A stretch of 64,000 nucleotides of DNA from Methanothrix sp. (lineage in GTDB: Archaea; Halobacteriota; Methanosarcinia; Methanotrichales; Methanotrichaceae), in contig OY821645.1 in NCBI GenBank assembly GCA_963682135.1, positions 2,912,001-2,976,000 on the forward strand. The letters run 5' to 3'. Positions 20,572 to 30,569 of this stretch are shown piece by piece; position 1 is the stretch's first letter; every line of letters begins with the position of its first letter. The notes under the pieces are model-generated. The model made no database searches, was not told where the DNA came from, and saw nothing but the letters and a program-made list of their open reading frames with translations. Made by a program: the position numbers and the translations under genes.

Positions 20572-21607
20572 GGAGCGGTTGTTGGATCTGCCCGTTGGCT
20601 ACGCTGCGATTCTGGCAGACTTGAAGGATCAGATTAAAGGTGCCAGGCTAAAAGCAGGGCTGGAAGTAAACCGCGAGCTGGTGCTCTTGTACTGGAGAAT
20701 TGGAAAGCAGATTAGGACGCAGCAGCATGAAGAGGGATGGGGCTCTAAGGTTATTGAACGACTATCTCTAGATCTCCTACGAGAGTTTCCGGAGATGAAG
20801 GGTCTGTCGTCTCGGAATTTGAAGTACATGAGAGCATTTTACGAGGCTTACCCTGATGAAGCAATTGTGCAGCAGCTTGCTGCACAAATTCCATGGTTTC
20901 ATAATTGTGTATTGTTAGATAAAGTTAAACGCCCTGAAGAACGCGTTTGGTATATCCGCCAGAACATCTCCCACGGTTGGAGCAGAAATGTACTGGTCCA
21001 CCAGATCGAGAGCGGCCTGTTCGAGCGACAGGGGCGAGCGCTGGTTAACTTCAACAGAACGCTGCCTGCACCCCAATCTGAGTTGGCCAGGCAGATTCTC
21101 AAAGACCCGTACAACTTCGATTTCCTGACTCTGGGCAAAGAGGCGCAGGAGCGGGATCTGGAAGAGGCACTGCTCAGTCATCTACGGGAGTTCTTGCTGG
21201 AGCTTGGCGTGGGATTTGCCTTTGTGGGAAGCCAGTATCACCTAGAAGTTGGAGATCAGGACTATTATATTGACCTTCTATTTTACCATCTGAATCTGCG
21301 CTGCTATGTGGTTATCGACCTGAAGATCTCAGAGTTTCAGCCTGAGTTTGCGGGGAAGATGAACTTCTATCTCTCTGCCGTGGACGATATCTTGAGGCAT
21401 GCAGAGGATGAGCCATCGATTGGGATTGTGCTCTGCAAGGAAAAGAACCGGGTTATCGTGGAGTATGCATTGAAGGGCATCAATAAACCAATGGGCGTAG
21501 CGGATTATCAGCTCTCCACGGCACTGCCGGAGAATCTCAAAGGAAGCCTGCCAACGATTGAAGAGCTGGAAGCAGAACTGGAAGGGGCAAGGGGAGACGA
21601 AATATGA
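20561..21607 (+). CDS. YhcG/DUF1016 PD-(D/E)XK nuclease-domain protein
   Basis: [34 protein letters not shown]...VIDLK. Confidence 0.9.
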   Translation: MMSEERLLDLPVGYAAILADLKDQIKGARLKAGLEVNRELVLLYWRIGKQIRTQQHEEGWGSKVIERLSLDLLREFPEMKGLSSRNLKYMRAFYEAYPDEAIVQQLAAQIPWFHNCVLLDKVKRPEERVWYIRQNISHGWSRNVLVHQIESGLFERQGRALVNFNRTLPAPQSELARQILKDPYNFDFLTLGKEAQERDLEEALLSHLREFLLELGVGFAFVGSQYHLEVGDQDYYIDLLFYHLNLRCYVVIDLKISEFQPEFAGKMNFYLSAVDDILRHAEDEPSIGIVLCKEKNRVIVEYALKGINKPMGVADYQLSTALPENLKGSLPTIEELEAELEGARGDEI

Positions 21608-21823
21608 GAAGAACGATCGGGCATGGAATCTCTTGGGCTTATGTGATGGGCGACATCAACGTATTCAAACTACTTCGTTTCTCTAATGTTTTTGGATTCA
21701 AGATAATCCAGACACTGTCTGGACTACTATTTTGGCTGCACTTGTTTTTGGCCAAATTGAACCAAGCCATACGATTCAGGAGAGAGATTATATCGATTGG
21801 TGAAGTATCAGGGAGAAACAGAG

Positions 21824-22294
21824 ATGACTCATTTTATTGAATGGCTTGGCATTCCTGGTAATGCCGCTTTTGCTGCATCAGTTCTTTCTTTGGTTTCCAT
21901 TGGCATTGCTAGTGCAGCGATGTACACAAGTTGGAGAACCCAGAAACGGCAAGTTGAGATCGAGGAGATACGAGAAAGAGACAGACAAAGGGGGATGCGT
22001 AAAGCAGATCTCGTAGCAAGACTAAAGGATGACGATGGAAGGGATCTTTTGGTCATTGAGAACAAAGGACCTGCGGAGGCTAGTGAGATAGTAATACTTC
22101 TCAATGGCAAACCACTATCTGAATACCAGGGGTTTGTGGGTGGCCAACCGGATATTCGAAGGGTGGGACCATATTCATCTTATCACTACCTCATGGCACT
22201 TACTATGGGTATGGACCTTTCCTTTGAGATTACTATTGCATGGGTTGACGATTCAGGAGAAGCTGGGCGTTATCTGACAACCTTAACTTACTAG
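21824..22294 (+). CDS. Hypothetical protein with N-terminal TM helix
   Basis: Hydrophobic AAFAASVLSLVSIGIASAAM segment followed by a beta-rich domain (IENKGPAEA). Confidence 0.6.
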   Translation: MTHFIEWLGIPGNAAFAASVLSLVSIGIASAAMYTSWRTQKRQVEIEEIRERDRQRGMRKADLVARLKDDDGRDLLVIENKGPAEASEIVILLNGKPLSEYQGFVGGQPDIRRVGPYSSYHYLMALTMGMDLSFEITIAWVDDSGEAGRYLTTLTY

Positions 22295-22363
22295 AGATAG
22301 CAGAAATGAACCATACACAAGTACTTTGGATAACTAGGTCTAAGAACCTTCGAGGTCTGGGCA

Positions 22364-23731
22364 ATGGTTCTTGAAAAAACCTCTCCGTTGGGACCACTTC
22401 CATATGGCTGGAAATTGGTCCCCTTAGCTGACCTTACTCTAAAAATTGGGAGCGGAGCTACACCGCTCGGCGGAGATGCAGTATATTTGGAAGCCAGAGA
22501 CAAGTATGCGTTGATCCACAGTCAGAATGTCTATGATCGAAGATTTGACTCACAGAACCTTGCTTTCATATCGGACCAAGATGCACATCGCTTGGATGGA
22601 GTTAAGGTACGGCCAAGAGATATTCTGCTAAATATAACTGGAGATGGAATTACATTTGCTAGAGCCTGTATGGTAGAAGAAACGATACTTCCTGCGAGAG
22701 TTAACCAACATGTCTCTATCATCAGAGCCAAAGAAGACTTGCTGGATCCAGGATTTCTATTTTCCTATTTAACTCACCCCCAAATAAAATATTATATGGA
22801 GAGTTTTAATGCAGGAGGAAGCCGTCGTGCGCTGACCAAAGGACATATTGAGTCTTTCCAGATACCGCTTCCACCAATTAATGAACAGCGCGCCATCGCT
22901 CACATACTCGGCTCTCTGGATGACAAGATCGAGGCCAACCGCCGCATGAACGAGACCCTGGAGGCCATGGCCCGCACGCTCTTCAAGTCCTGGTTCGTTG
23001 ACTTCGACCCTGTGCGCGCGCGGGCGGAGGGGCGGGCACCCGCTGGCATGGGCGCAGAGACGGCGGCGCTGTTTCCCGATAGCTTCGAGGAGCAGGAGGG
23101 GCGGATTGTGCCGAGGGGATGGAGGGTTGGAAGGGTAAGCGACCTTTGCAGCGCGATCTATAGTGGAGGAACACCAAGTACAGATAGACCTGAGTATTGG
23201 AATGGTGAGATCTCGTGGCTTTCATCTGGCGAGACAAGAGAGAAGTTCATTATCGGCACAAAGAGACAAATCACAACTGCTGGTGTGTCGAACTCTAGTG
23301 CGCGGCTGGCACTCTCTCGATCGACCGTGATAGCAAGCGCAGGGCAGGGAAATACTCGTGGTCAAACATCTATGCTTACGATAGATTGTTACATTAATCA
23401 GTCAGTGGTAGCGCTCGTTGCGAAACCAGAAATTAGTTCTCAATATCACCTTTTCTTTGATCTCGAACGACGCTATGAAGAGTTCAGGAGGATTTCTGAT
23501 GCACACAGTTCTCGCGGAAGTTTGACGACGAAATTGCTGGCTGGATTAAATGCAATGATGCCAGAGCACTCAGTCATTCATTGTTTTGATGATGTTGTCG
23601 GGGCAATGATAGAGCGAGTTATAGGAAACCTTCAGGAATCCCATACACTTGCAGCTTTGCGGGATTCGTTGTTGCCCAAATTCATTAGTGGAGAGATGTG
23701 CATTAATGATGCAAAGACTTTATTATTGTGA
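22364..23731 (+). CDS. hsdS: Type I R-M specificity subunit
   Basis: Two TRDs, PPINEQRAIAHILGSLDDKIE, LAALRDSLLPKFISGE. Confidence 0.92.
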   Translation: MVLEKTSPLGPLPYGWKLVPLADLTLKIGSGATPLGGDAVYLEARDKYALIHSQNVYDRRFDSQNLAFISDQDAHRLDGVKVRPRDILLNITGDGITFARACMVEETILPARVNQHVSIIRAKEDLLDPGFLFSYLTHPQIKYYMESFNAGGSRRALTKGHIESFQIPLPPINEQRAIAHILGSLDDKIEANRRMNETLEAMARTLFKSWFVDFDPVRARAEGRAPAGMGAETAALFPDSFEEQEGRIVPRGWRVGRVSDLCSAIYSGGTPSTDRPEYWNGEISWLSSGETREKFIIGTKRQITTAGVSNSSARLALSRSTVIASAGQGNTRGQTSMLTIDCYINQSVVALVAKPEISSQYHLFFDLERRYEEFRRISDAHSSRGSLTTKLLAGLNAMMPEHSVIHCFDDVVGAMIERVIGNLQESHTLAALRDSLLPKFISGEMCINDAKTLLL

Positions 23732-23770
23732 CTATAAACGGAATATTAATGCAAAAAAATAAAGAGGAAT

Positions 23771-24163
23771 TTGATGTCACCTAAACGAGTATTCATTAGT
23801 TTTGATTTTGACCATGATGAAGCCCTTCGTAGTCTCTTGGTAGGTCAAGCAAAGAATCCTGAATCTCCATTTAGCATTTCAGATTGGTCCGTTAAGGAAC
23901 CTATGACAGGCAATTGGAAGGAGAAGGTGCGTGAGCGTATTCGCAGAACGGATTTGACTATTGTCATATGTGGCGAGTGGACTCATACGGCCACAGGCGT
24001 AGCAGAAGAGTTGAAGATTACTCGCGAAGAAAGCAAACCATATTTCTTGCTCAGTGGATACGGTGATAAAACCTGCACCAAACCAACTTCTGCATTATCG
24101 TCTGATGGGATTTACAAATGGACATGGGATAATCTGAAATTACTTATCGACGGTAGGAGGTAA
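23771..24163 (+). CDS. Stand-alone TIR-domain protein (ThsB/DUF1863-like)
   Basis: RVFISFDFDHD...LTIVICGEWTHTATGVAEEL...KPYFLL...WTWDNL. Confidence 0.8.
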   Translation: MMSPKRVFISFDFDHDEALRSLLVGQAKNPESPFSISDWSVKEPMTGNWKEKVRERIRRTDLTIVICGEWTHTATGVAEELKITREESKPYFLLSGYGDKTCTKPTSALSSDGIYKWTWDNLKLLIDGRR

Positions 24164-24166
24164 TAA

Positions 24167-24658
24167 ATGGTCGGTGAGCCTCCATCCCAACTGATTCGGC
24201 AGACGAAGGAAAGCTATGGTGAATCCTTCAAGACGGACCTCTTCGAGCAGTACAAGCTTTATATTGCGTCATCTGAGAAGATAAGCGAGCGACGGGTATC
24301 GTCGAACAATTACCTGCTTACTGTCAACGCATTTCTTGTAACTTCGTATGGGTTGCTCGCTGCAAGCCAATACAAAAGCTACTGGATAATTTTGGTGCCA
24401 ATTGCTGGCGTTCTCGTCTCTTTGACGTGGTATCGAATCATTACCTCATATCGTAATCTTAACCGTGTAAAATTTAAAGTAATCAATGAGATCGAGAAAC
24501 AGATGCCTGCTGCGCTTTACGAGTATGAGTGGAAAATAGCGGAAGAGGGAAAAGGCAAGACATACCGACCATTATCACATTTGGAGCAATGGATTCCGAT
24601 TATTTTTATAATACTCTATGGTTCAGTTACGCTAATTAATTTAGTGTGTGTGATCTGA
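24167..24658 (+). CDS. Small membrane protein (SLATT/RipA-like), putative effector
   Basis: LFEQYKLY...SERRVSSNNYLLTVN, hydrophobic hairpin, SYRNLNRVKFKVINEIE, hydrophobic C-terminus. Confidence 0.7.
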   Translation: MVGEPPSQLIRQTKESYGESFKTDLFEQYKLYIASSEKISERRVSSNNYLLTVNAFLVTSYGLLAASQYKSYWIILVPIAGVLVSLTWYRIITSYRNLNRVKFKVINEIEKQMPAALYEYEWKIAEEGKGKTYRPLSHLEQWIPIIFIILYGSVTLINLVCVI

Positions 24659-24708
24659 TGATGTCGATTATCGAATCAGATGTTGAGCCCGCCGCCTTCT
24701 ATCTCGGC
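24658..24708 (+). pseudogene. Probable 5' stub of hsdR
   Basis: TGATG-coupled MMSIIESDVEPAAFYLG resembles HsdR N-termini (ESxVExAA); the frame ends shortly after. Confidence 0.4.
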
Positions 24709-24773
24709 CCACTGCCAAAGTTTATTCCCTATGAGATTATGATAGATATGAAGAATCCGTTGGAGACCAAAAC

Positions 24774-26033
24774 ATGACTAAAGGCGACCGCGTCAAGCAA
24801 TCGGTTCCAAGAATCGAGTATTTGAAAATAAAAAACTATAGAGCCCTACATAACCTTGAGCTGAGAGGCATCACTCCTCTAACGGTTTTTCTTGGGCCAA
24901 ACGGCAGCGGAAAATCTACCATCTTCGATGTTTTTGCCTTCCTATCGGAATGCTTTTCAGTGGGCCTTAGAAAAGCACTTGATAAACGGGGTCGGTTCAA
25001 GGAGCTTCGTACTCGTGGCTCCAGCGGTCCTATTGAGATCGAGCTGAAATATCGCGAGAGAAGTGACATGCCTCTCATCACCTATCATCTCTCCCTTGAC
25101 GAAGGCATCACAGGCCCTTATGTCGTGGAGGAATGGCTGCAATGGAGGAGAGGTCAGCAAGGAAAACCCTTTAGGTTTCTCGATTTTAAGAATGGAGAGG
25201 GACAGGTAATTGCTGGAGAAAATCCGGTTGAAATCGGCGATCGGATCCATGAGATGCTCACGTCTTCGGATATGCTTGCGGTGAATGCTCTTGGCCAGCT
25301 TGCTAAAAATCCCAGAGTCAGTGCTCTGCGCCAGTTCGTAACCGGATGGTACCTTTCATATCTTACTGCAGATAGCACGCGAGGATTCTCTGAGCCAGGT
25401 CCTGAGGAGCGACTGTCTGCAACCGGCGATAACCTGCCCAATGTTATTCAGTATTTAAAAGAACAGCATAAGGATCGTTTGAACCTGATTTTGGATACAT
25501 TATCACATCGTGTTCCTAGACTTGAGAAAGTTGACTCCGAATTTATGCCCGACGGTAGGCTTCTTTTGCAGATTAAGGACGCTCCTTTTGAGCAGCCGAT
25601 ACTGGCGAAATTCGCATCTGACGGCACCCTTAAAATGCTGGCCTACCTCACTTTGCTCTATGATCCACATCCACCTCAGCTCATAGGAATTGAAGAGCCG
25701 GAAAATCAGCTTCACCCCAGGCTCTTGCCGGAACTCGCAGAAGAGTGCAGACAGGCAACAGCCCGAACCCAGCTTATGGTCACTTCCCATTCACCTTTCT
25801 TTGTAAATGGCCTGAGGCCAGAGGAGCTTTGGGTACTCTACAGAGATGAACAGGGTTACACACAGGCACGTCGTTCTGCAGATATGCGAGGCATTAAAGA
25901 GTTCATGGATGAGGGCGCACAGCTTGGTTACCTCTGGATGGAGGGTTACTTTGAGGTGGGCGATCCATTGACGGCGTCAGGTGGTCCAAAACACCCATCA
26001 TTAAGCCAAAATGCAAGGCTCCAAGCGGAGTAA
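24774..26033 (+). CDS. ABC/AAA_21-type ATPase (COG4637-like)
   Basis: Walker [14 protein letters not shown] signature, Walker [14 protein letters not shown]. Confidence 0.88.
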   Translation: MTKGDRVKQSVPRIEYLKIKNYRALHNLELRGITPLTVFLGPNGSGKSTIFDVFAFLSECFSVGLRKALDKRGRFKELRTRGSSGPIEIELKYRERSDMPLITYHLSLDEGITGPYVVEEWLQWRRGQQGKPFRFLDFKNGEGQVIAGENPVEIGDRIHEMLTSSDMLAVNALGQLAKNPRVSALRQFVTGWYLSYLTADSTRGFSEPGPEERLSATGDNLPNVIQYLKEQHKDRLNLILDTLSHRVPRLEKVDSEFMPDGRLLLQIKDAPFEQPILAKFASDGTLKMLAYLTLLYDPHPPQLIGIEEPENQLHPRLLPELAEECRQATARTQLMVTSHSPFFVNGLRPEELWVLYRDEQGYTQARRSADMRGIKEFMDEGAQLGYLWMEGYFEVGDPLTASGGPKHPSLSQNARLQAE

Positions 26034-26039
26034 TGATCC

Positions 26040-26669
26040 ATGCATATTATATTTTTAGTGGAAGAACTCTCTGCAGAGGCCGCCCTCCTCAACATAGTGC
26101 CCAAGATTCTGGGTGCAAGTGCATCTTTCGAGATCCATCCTTATCAGTGCAAAGACGATCTTCTCTCAAAATTGCCACGTGTTATGCGAGCCTACGCTAA
26201 ATGGTTGCCTGACGACTGGCGCATCGTGGTCCTGGTTGACGAAGATCGATCCGATTGTGATGCACTCAAGGAAAGAATGGAGCAGTCAGCAGTTGCTGCA
26301 AGACTGATAACCAAAACGATGGCTGGCAGCTCAAACCGCCATGCAAAGTTCCAGGTCTTGAACCGAATTTCCATAGAAGAGCTTGAAGCATGGTTTTTCG
26401 GGGATGTTCATGCACTCAATCAGGCTTATACGAGGGTTCCCAAGACACTTGGAGGCAGATCAAGATATAAAGATCCAGATTCAATTAAGGGAGGAACATG
26501 GGAGTCACTGGAACGTGAGCTAAAAAAGTCCGGGTATTTTCCCGGCGGTCTGCGCAAAATAGAAGCGGCAAAGACTATTTCCGCATTCATGGAACCGGAA
26601 ATAAATAATTCAAAAAGTTTTCAAGTATTCAGAGACGGCCTGAGAGAGATGGTTAGATGGGGGATATAA
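26040..26669 (+). CDS. DUF4276-like (TOPRIM-like) protein
   Basis: IFLVEELS, VLVDED, EELEAWFFGD, SKSFQVF. Confidence 0.75.
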   Translation: MHIIFLVEELSAEAALLNIVPKILGASASFEIHPYQCKDDLLSKLPRVMRAYAKWLPDDWRIVVLVDEDRSDCDALKERMEQSAVAARLITKTMAGSSNRHAKFQVLNRISIEELEAWFFGDVHALNQAYTRVPKTLGGRSRYKDPDSIKGGTWESLERELKKSGYFPGGLRKIEAAKTISAFMEPEINNSKSFQVFRDGLREMVRWGI

Positions 26670-26720
26670 CTGAAATCGATATGATCTGCTATGAAAAAAG
26701 AGATAGAGGCCTTCAGCCTC

Positions 26721-28760
26721 TCACCCCATCGCATCTATCCGGCAGGCTGCCATCTTGTACTCCGGTATCTTGGCCACCGGATCGAGGGCATCGGAGGTTA
26801 TGATGTTGGTCCCCTGCCAGTGGAAGGGCATAAAGACCATTCCTGGACTTACCTTTTCCGTCACTCGGGCCCGAGCCTCTGTCTCTCCCCGAATCGTTTT
26901 CACCTTAACCATGCCATCATGGAGCACATTCAGCTCTGTTGCATCCTTTGGATTTATCTCAACATAAAGCTCAAAGTCCCTTTCCAGAAGCGAGGGACTG
27001 CGGCGCGTCATGGAGCCGCTGTTATAGTGAACAACAATTCTGCCGGTAGAGAGAAGCAGAGGATATTTCTCGCTGGTCTGCTCGGCTGCAGGTTTGTTCA
27101 CCACTGAGGCGATATTTGCCTTTCCATTTGGGTGGGCGAATCTCTCCCTGTGCAGGATATCCGTTCCGGGATGCTGCTCATCCGGACAGGGCCAGCGTAG
27201 TCCTCCGATCTTTGATATCCGCTCAAGGGTCATGCCGCCATACTGAGGCACAGTCCGGTTGATCTCCTCAAGCACCTGTGCGGCTGAAGGGCTGCCCAGA
27301 TCCAGTCCCATCCGTTTGCCGATCTCATTGATGATCCAGAGTCCCTCCTTCGCTTCGCCTACGGGAGGAACGGCCTGATTGATCCACTGCACCCGCCGCT
27401 CCATGGAGGTGTAGCTGCCATCTTTTTCCGCCCAGGCTGCTGCCGGCAGGACGAGATCTGCCATTCTTGCCGTGGCGGTCATGAATATCTCCTGCACAAT
27501 CAGATAGTCCAGGCTGTCCAGGGCAGCTCTTGTCTTGTTGATATTAGCATCGCAGATGACTGGATCTTCTCCAACGAGGTATAGGGCTTTGATGCGGCCT
27601 TCCAGAGCCGCTTCTGTCATCTCCGTGGAGGTCAATCCCGGCCCCAGGGGTAGATCGTCTGCATTCCAGGCAGCCTTAAAAAATTCCACGGACTTCGGGT
27701 CCGAGGCCTTCTTGTAGCCGGGATAGAACTCGGCCATGCCGCCCATATCGCAATTTCCCTGGACGTTGTTCTGTCCGCGCATGGGCCAGACACCAGCACC
27801 GGGCCGACCCATCTGGCCGCAGATTAGCGATAATGTGGCGCAGGCCTTGACGTTGTCTGTGCCGCAGATGTGCTGGGTTATGCCCATGGAGTAAAGCAGA
27901 GCGGACGCAGGAGATTTGGCGTAAATTCTGGCTGCTTTGATAATCTGCCCAGCCGAGACTCCGGTCAGCTCTGCTGTCTTCTCTATGGTAACTTCGCTGA
28001 GATTGGCCAGAAGCTGTGCAAATCCCTCTGTTCTCTCGTTGATGAACTTTTTATCAATCAAGCCCTCATCCACTATCACCTTCATCATGCCTCTCAAGAG
28101 GTCAATGTCACTGCCGGGCTTGATTCTCAGGTGCATATCCGCCATCCAGGAGGTGGAGGTGATGCGCGGGTCGGCCACGATCACCACTGCCCCATTGTCT
28201 TTGGCTTTTTGCGCCCAGCGAGAGACGATGGGATGGGCCTCGGTGAAGTTTGTGCCTATGGCAAAGATGCACTGGGAGTTTTGCAGGTCGATAAGATTGT
28301 TAGTCATAGCTCCCGTTCCCAGGACCGCGCCAAGCCCTACCACGGTAGGCGAATGGCAGAGGCGAGCGCAATTGTCTACATTCGGTGATCCTAAGAGGCG
28401 GGCCAGCTTTTGCATCTGATAGTCCTCTTCATTATTGCAGCGAGATGAGACCAAAAATCCCAGAGATTTGGCCCCGTGATTCCTGATATTTCGGGCCAAT
28501 CCGCCGGCAGCCAGGTCCAGGGCCTCTTCCCAGGAGATTCTGACAAAATCTTCACCCATTCTCTTCATGGGATACTTGAGTCTCTCCTCGTGATTCAGGA
28601 CCTCCAGAACAGCGTTGCCTTTGGGACAGAGTGCGCCCTCACAGGCTGGGTGGTCGGCCATATACTCAATGCCGATAGCTTTGTCCTTCTCTACTACCAG
28701 ATACATACCGCAACCCACTGCACAGTAGGGGCAAAGAGATGGCACTAATTTTGTAGACAA
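26721..28760 (-). CDS. fdhA: Formate dehydrogenase alpha subunit (Cys-type molybdopterin enzyme)
   Basis: CPYCAVGC, CPKG, NCARLCHSPT, RGQNNVQG; no beta subunit gene adjacent. Confidence 0.88.
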   Translation of the reverse strand: MSTKLVPSLCPYCAVGCGMYLVVEKDKAIGIEYMADHPACEGALCPKGNAVLEVLNHEERLKYPMKRMGEDFVRISWEEALDLAAGGLARNIRNHGAKSLGFLVSSRCNNEEDYQMQKLARLLGSPNVDNCARLCHSPTVVGLGAVLGTGAMTNNLIDLQNSQCIFAIGTNFTEAHPIVSRWAQKAKDNGAVVIVADPRITSTSWMADMHLRIKPGSDIDLLRGMMKVIVDEGLIDKKFINERTEGFAQLLANLSEVTIEKTAELTGVSAGQIIKAARIYAKSPASALLYSMGITQHICGTDNVKACATLSLICGQMGRPGAGVWPMRGQNNVQGNCDMGGMAEFYPGYKKASDPKSVEFFKAAWNADDLPLGPGLTSTEMTEAALEGRIKALYLVGEDPVICDANINKTRAALDSLDYLIVQEIFMTATARMADLVLPAAAWAEKDGSYTSMERRVQWINQAVPPVGEAKEGLWIINEIGKRMGLDLGSPSAAQVLEEINRTVPQYGGMTLERISKIGGLRWPCPDEQHPGTDILHRERFAHPNGKANIASVVNKPAAEQTSEKYPLLLSTGRIVVHYNSGSMTRRSPSLLERDFELYVEINPKDATELNVLHDGMVKVKTIRGETEARARVTEKVSPGMVFMPFHWQGTNIITSDALDPVAKIPEYKMAACRIDAMG

Positions 28761-29069
28761 TTAAAATCCTCCGAAAGTAAGAGACAGGCTTCAGGGCAGA
28801 ACGAAATCATCGGGTCTTGTCGCCAATGGCTACCCCGAATATATTCTATTGCGATATAATGAATCGTACCCGGCATATCGTCCCTGCCGCCATACTCATT
28901 CCGCCATGGGTTTAATAACGTTTGCATTGTGGCTTACTTTCTGTAAAATGGTAAATAAAAAGCGAGGCCAATTTCGTACAAATTCGCTCTATTATCATCA
29001 AACATAACATTCAAATACGATAAATATATAGAACTATCTAGTCGCTATCTTGGCCAGGGAGGGAATGAA

Positions 29070-29927
29070 ATGAAGAGATTGCTTATTTTGGCAGCGCTTG
29101 CTACTCTGTTAATTAGCATGGCAGGTGCGGCCAACTACATGTACGAAAAGGGATCCGTCAAGGGTGTTGGCTACAAGAATGTGGAGATGATCATCTCTAC
29201 CCAGACTGGCTTTAATGGCCAGAAGCTGGTGGAGAAGGAATCTGGTTCCGGCAACGTCATCACTGAGAGAACTGAGCTTGAGGCTGAAAGACAGCTCAAA
29301 AGGGACTACATGCCAATTAGCTGGGAGATAGTGAGAAATGGCTATATAATCCAAATCACAGGTAGTTGTGTATGGCCCACCGGCATTCATTGTCCCATGG
29401 ACTACATCAACTTCACCAAGGAAGCTGAGTTTGAGTACATGCCAGTCTCTTACCAGACTGGTTCATATGACCAGAAGTGGATTGAGAAGCTGTGTGTGCA
29501 GAATTACAGGATCGGTGCAGTTCTCACTGAGATGTACACCCATGCAGAGCATTTGCAGAAGAGCACCGAAGTCAAAACCAGAGGATACTCCAATCTCAAT
29601 TTAAGCCAGAAAGCAGATGATGCATCAATTCAATGGCCTCAATGGCCCAAGCCGCCGATTATATGGCCTGTAACAATGCTATCACCCTGCCCTGCATGCT
29701 GTACTGGCGTCCTTGAGGCCAACTTGAACAGCAACGTCATTGGCGTTGCCCACATCGGCTGGATTTCCAGAGATCCTGATGCGGATGATCAGCTCAAGGG
29801 TCGCCATGCCGAGTATGGCAGGTCAGTCGAAGACCTGACTGGTGTATTCTCCATAGAGAAGTTCATCCAGCTCTGGGGAAACTCAACATGCGGAGCCATA
29901 AGCGTTGACTGGCTGCCGTGCGTTTGA
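29070..29927 (+). CDS. Secreted hypothetical protein ending DWLPCV
   Basis: Signal peptide, GSVKGVG, C-terminal DWLPC. Confidence 0.75.
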   Translation: MKRLLILAALATLLISMAGAANYMYEKGSVKGVGYKNVEMIISTQTGFNGQKLVEKESGSGNVITERTELEAERQLKRDYMPISWEIVRNGYIIQITGSCVWPTGIHCPMDYINFTKEAEFEYMPVSYQTGSYDQKWIEKLCVQNYRIGAVLTEMYTHAEHLQKSTEVKTRGYSNLNLSQKADDASIQWPQWPKPPIIWPVTMLSPCPACCTGVLEANLNSNVIGVAHIGWISRDPDADDQLKGRHAEYGRSVEDLTGVFSIEKFIQLWGNSTCGAISVDWLPCV

Positions 29928-29975
29928 TTGTTGCGGATATCCTGCTACCTTTTTTCCAAAATCGTAGACAAATCG

Positions 29976-30569
29976 CTAGATCACACCCTTGGTGCTGGGA
30001 ACACCCGTTCCCTCTTTCCTGACCGCCTCACGAATAGCAAAGCCCAGAGCCTTAAAGATGCTTTCTATTTTGTGGTGATCGTTCTCGCCGTAAAAGCGCA
30101 CGTTCAAAGTGAGCCTGGCACCGACACAGATCGCCTCCAGAAATGGCTGCAAGAGCTGGGCCTCTAAGTCGCCAATCCTATCGCTCTGAAACTCTCCAGT
30201 CATGACCAGATAGGGCCGGCCGCTGAAATCAAGAGCTACATCGGCCAGGGCCTCGTCCATGGGCACAGAAGAGGAGCCATAGCGGCGAATTCCGATGCGC
30301 TCCCCCAGGCTCGCATCCAGAGCCAGGCCGATGGCCTCGCCCAGGGCCTGCGTTTTGTAAAAGCCCGGCTCCGCCTGGGCCGTCAGGTCCAAGAGAGCCG
30401 TCCGGGCCAGAGCTGTAAGCATGTGATCCAGAAATCCTGATCCCGTGTTGACCGTCGCCTTGCCGGAGCCATCCAGGTCCAGACAGGCTCTGGCCTTGCA
30501 CTCGCGAAACAATCCCTGTGCTTCTCCTTTTCTCATAATCTTCAATCCTCCTTTAAGTCGCTTCATCAA
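29976..30569 (-). CDS. hisB: Imidazoleglycerol-phosphate dehydratase
   Basis: GFLDHML, VPMDEAL, NDHHKIESIFKA, VPSTKG. Confidence 0.88.
   Translation of the reverse strand: MMKRLKGGLKIMRKGEAQGLFRECKARACLDLDGSGKATVNTGSGFLDHMLTALARTALLDLTAQAEPGFYKTQALGEAIGLALDASLGERIGIRRYGSSSVPMDEALADVALDFSGRPYLVMTGEFQSDRIGDLEAQLLQPFLEAICVGARLTLNVRFYGENDHHKIESIFKALGFAIREAVRKEGTGVPSTKGVI

Noticed and set aside
21604-21840. 78-aa ORF after YhcG
   Set aside because: No recognisable motif; a short TPR-like phrase in another frame is too weak to call.
18911-26720. Defence island as an integrative element
   Set aside because: No integrase, tRNA or flanking direct repeats seen.
26721-28760. Possible selenocysteine in Fdh or FwdB
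   Set aside because: Both active sites encode Cys (ARLCHS, TVCHGP), with no in-frame TGA.
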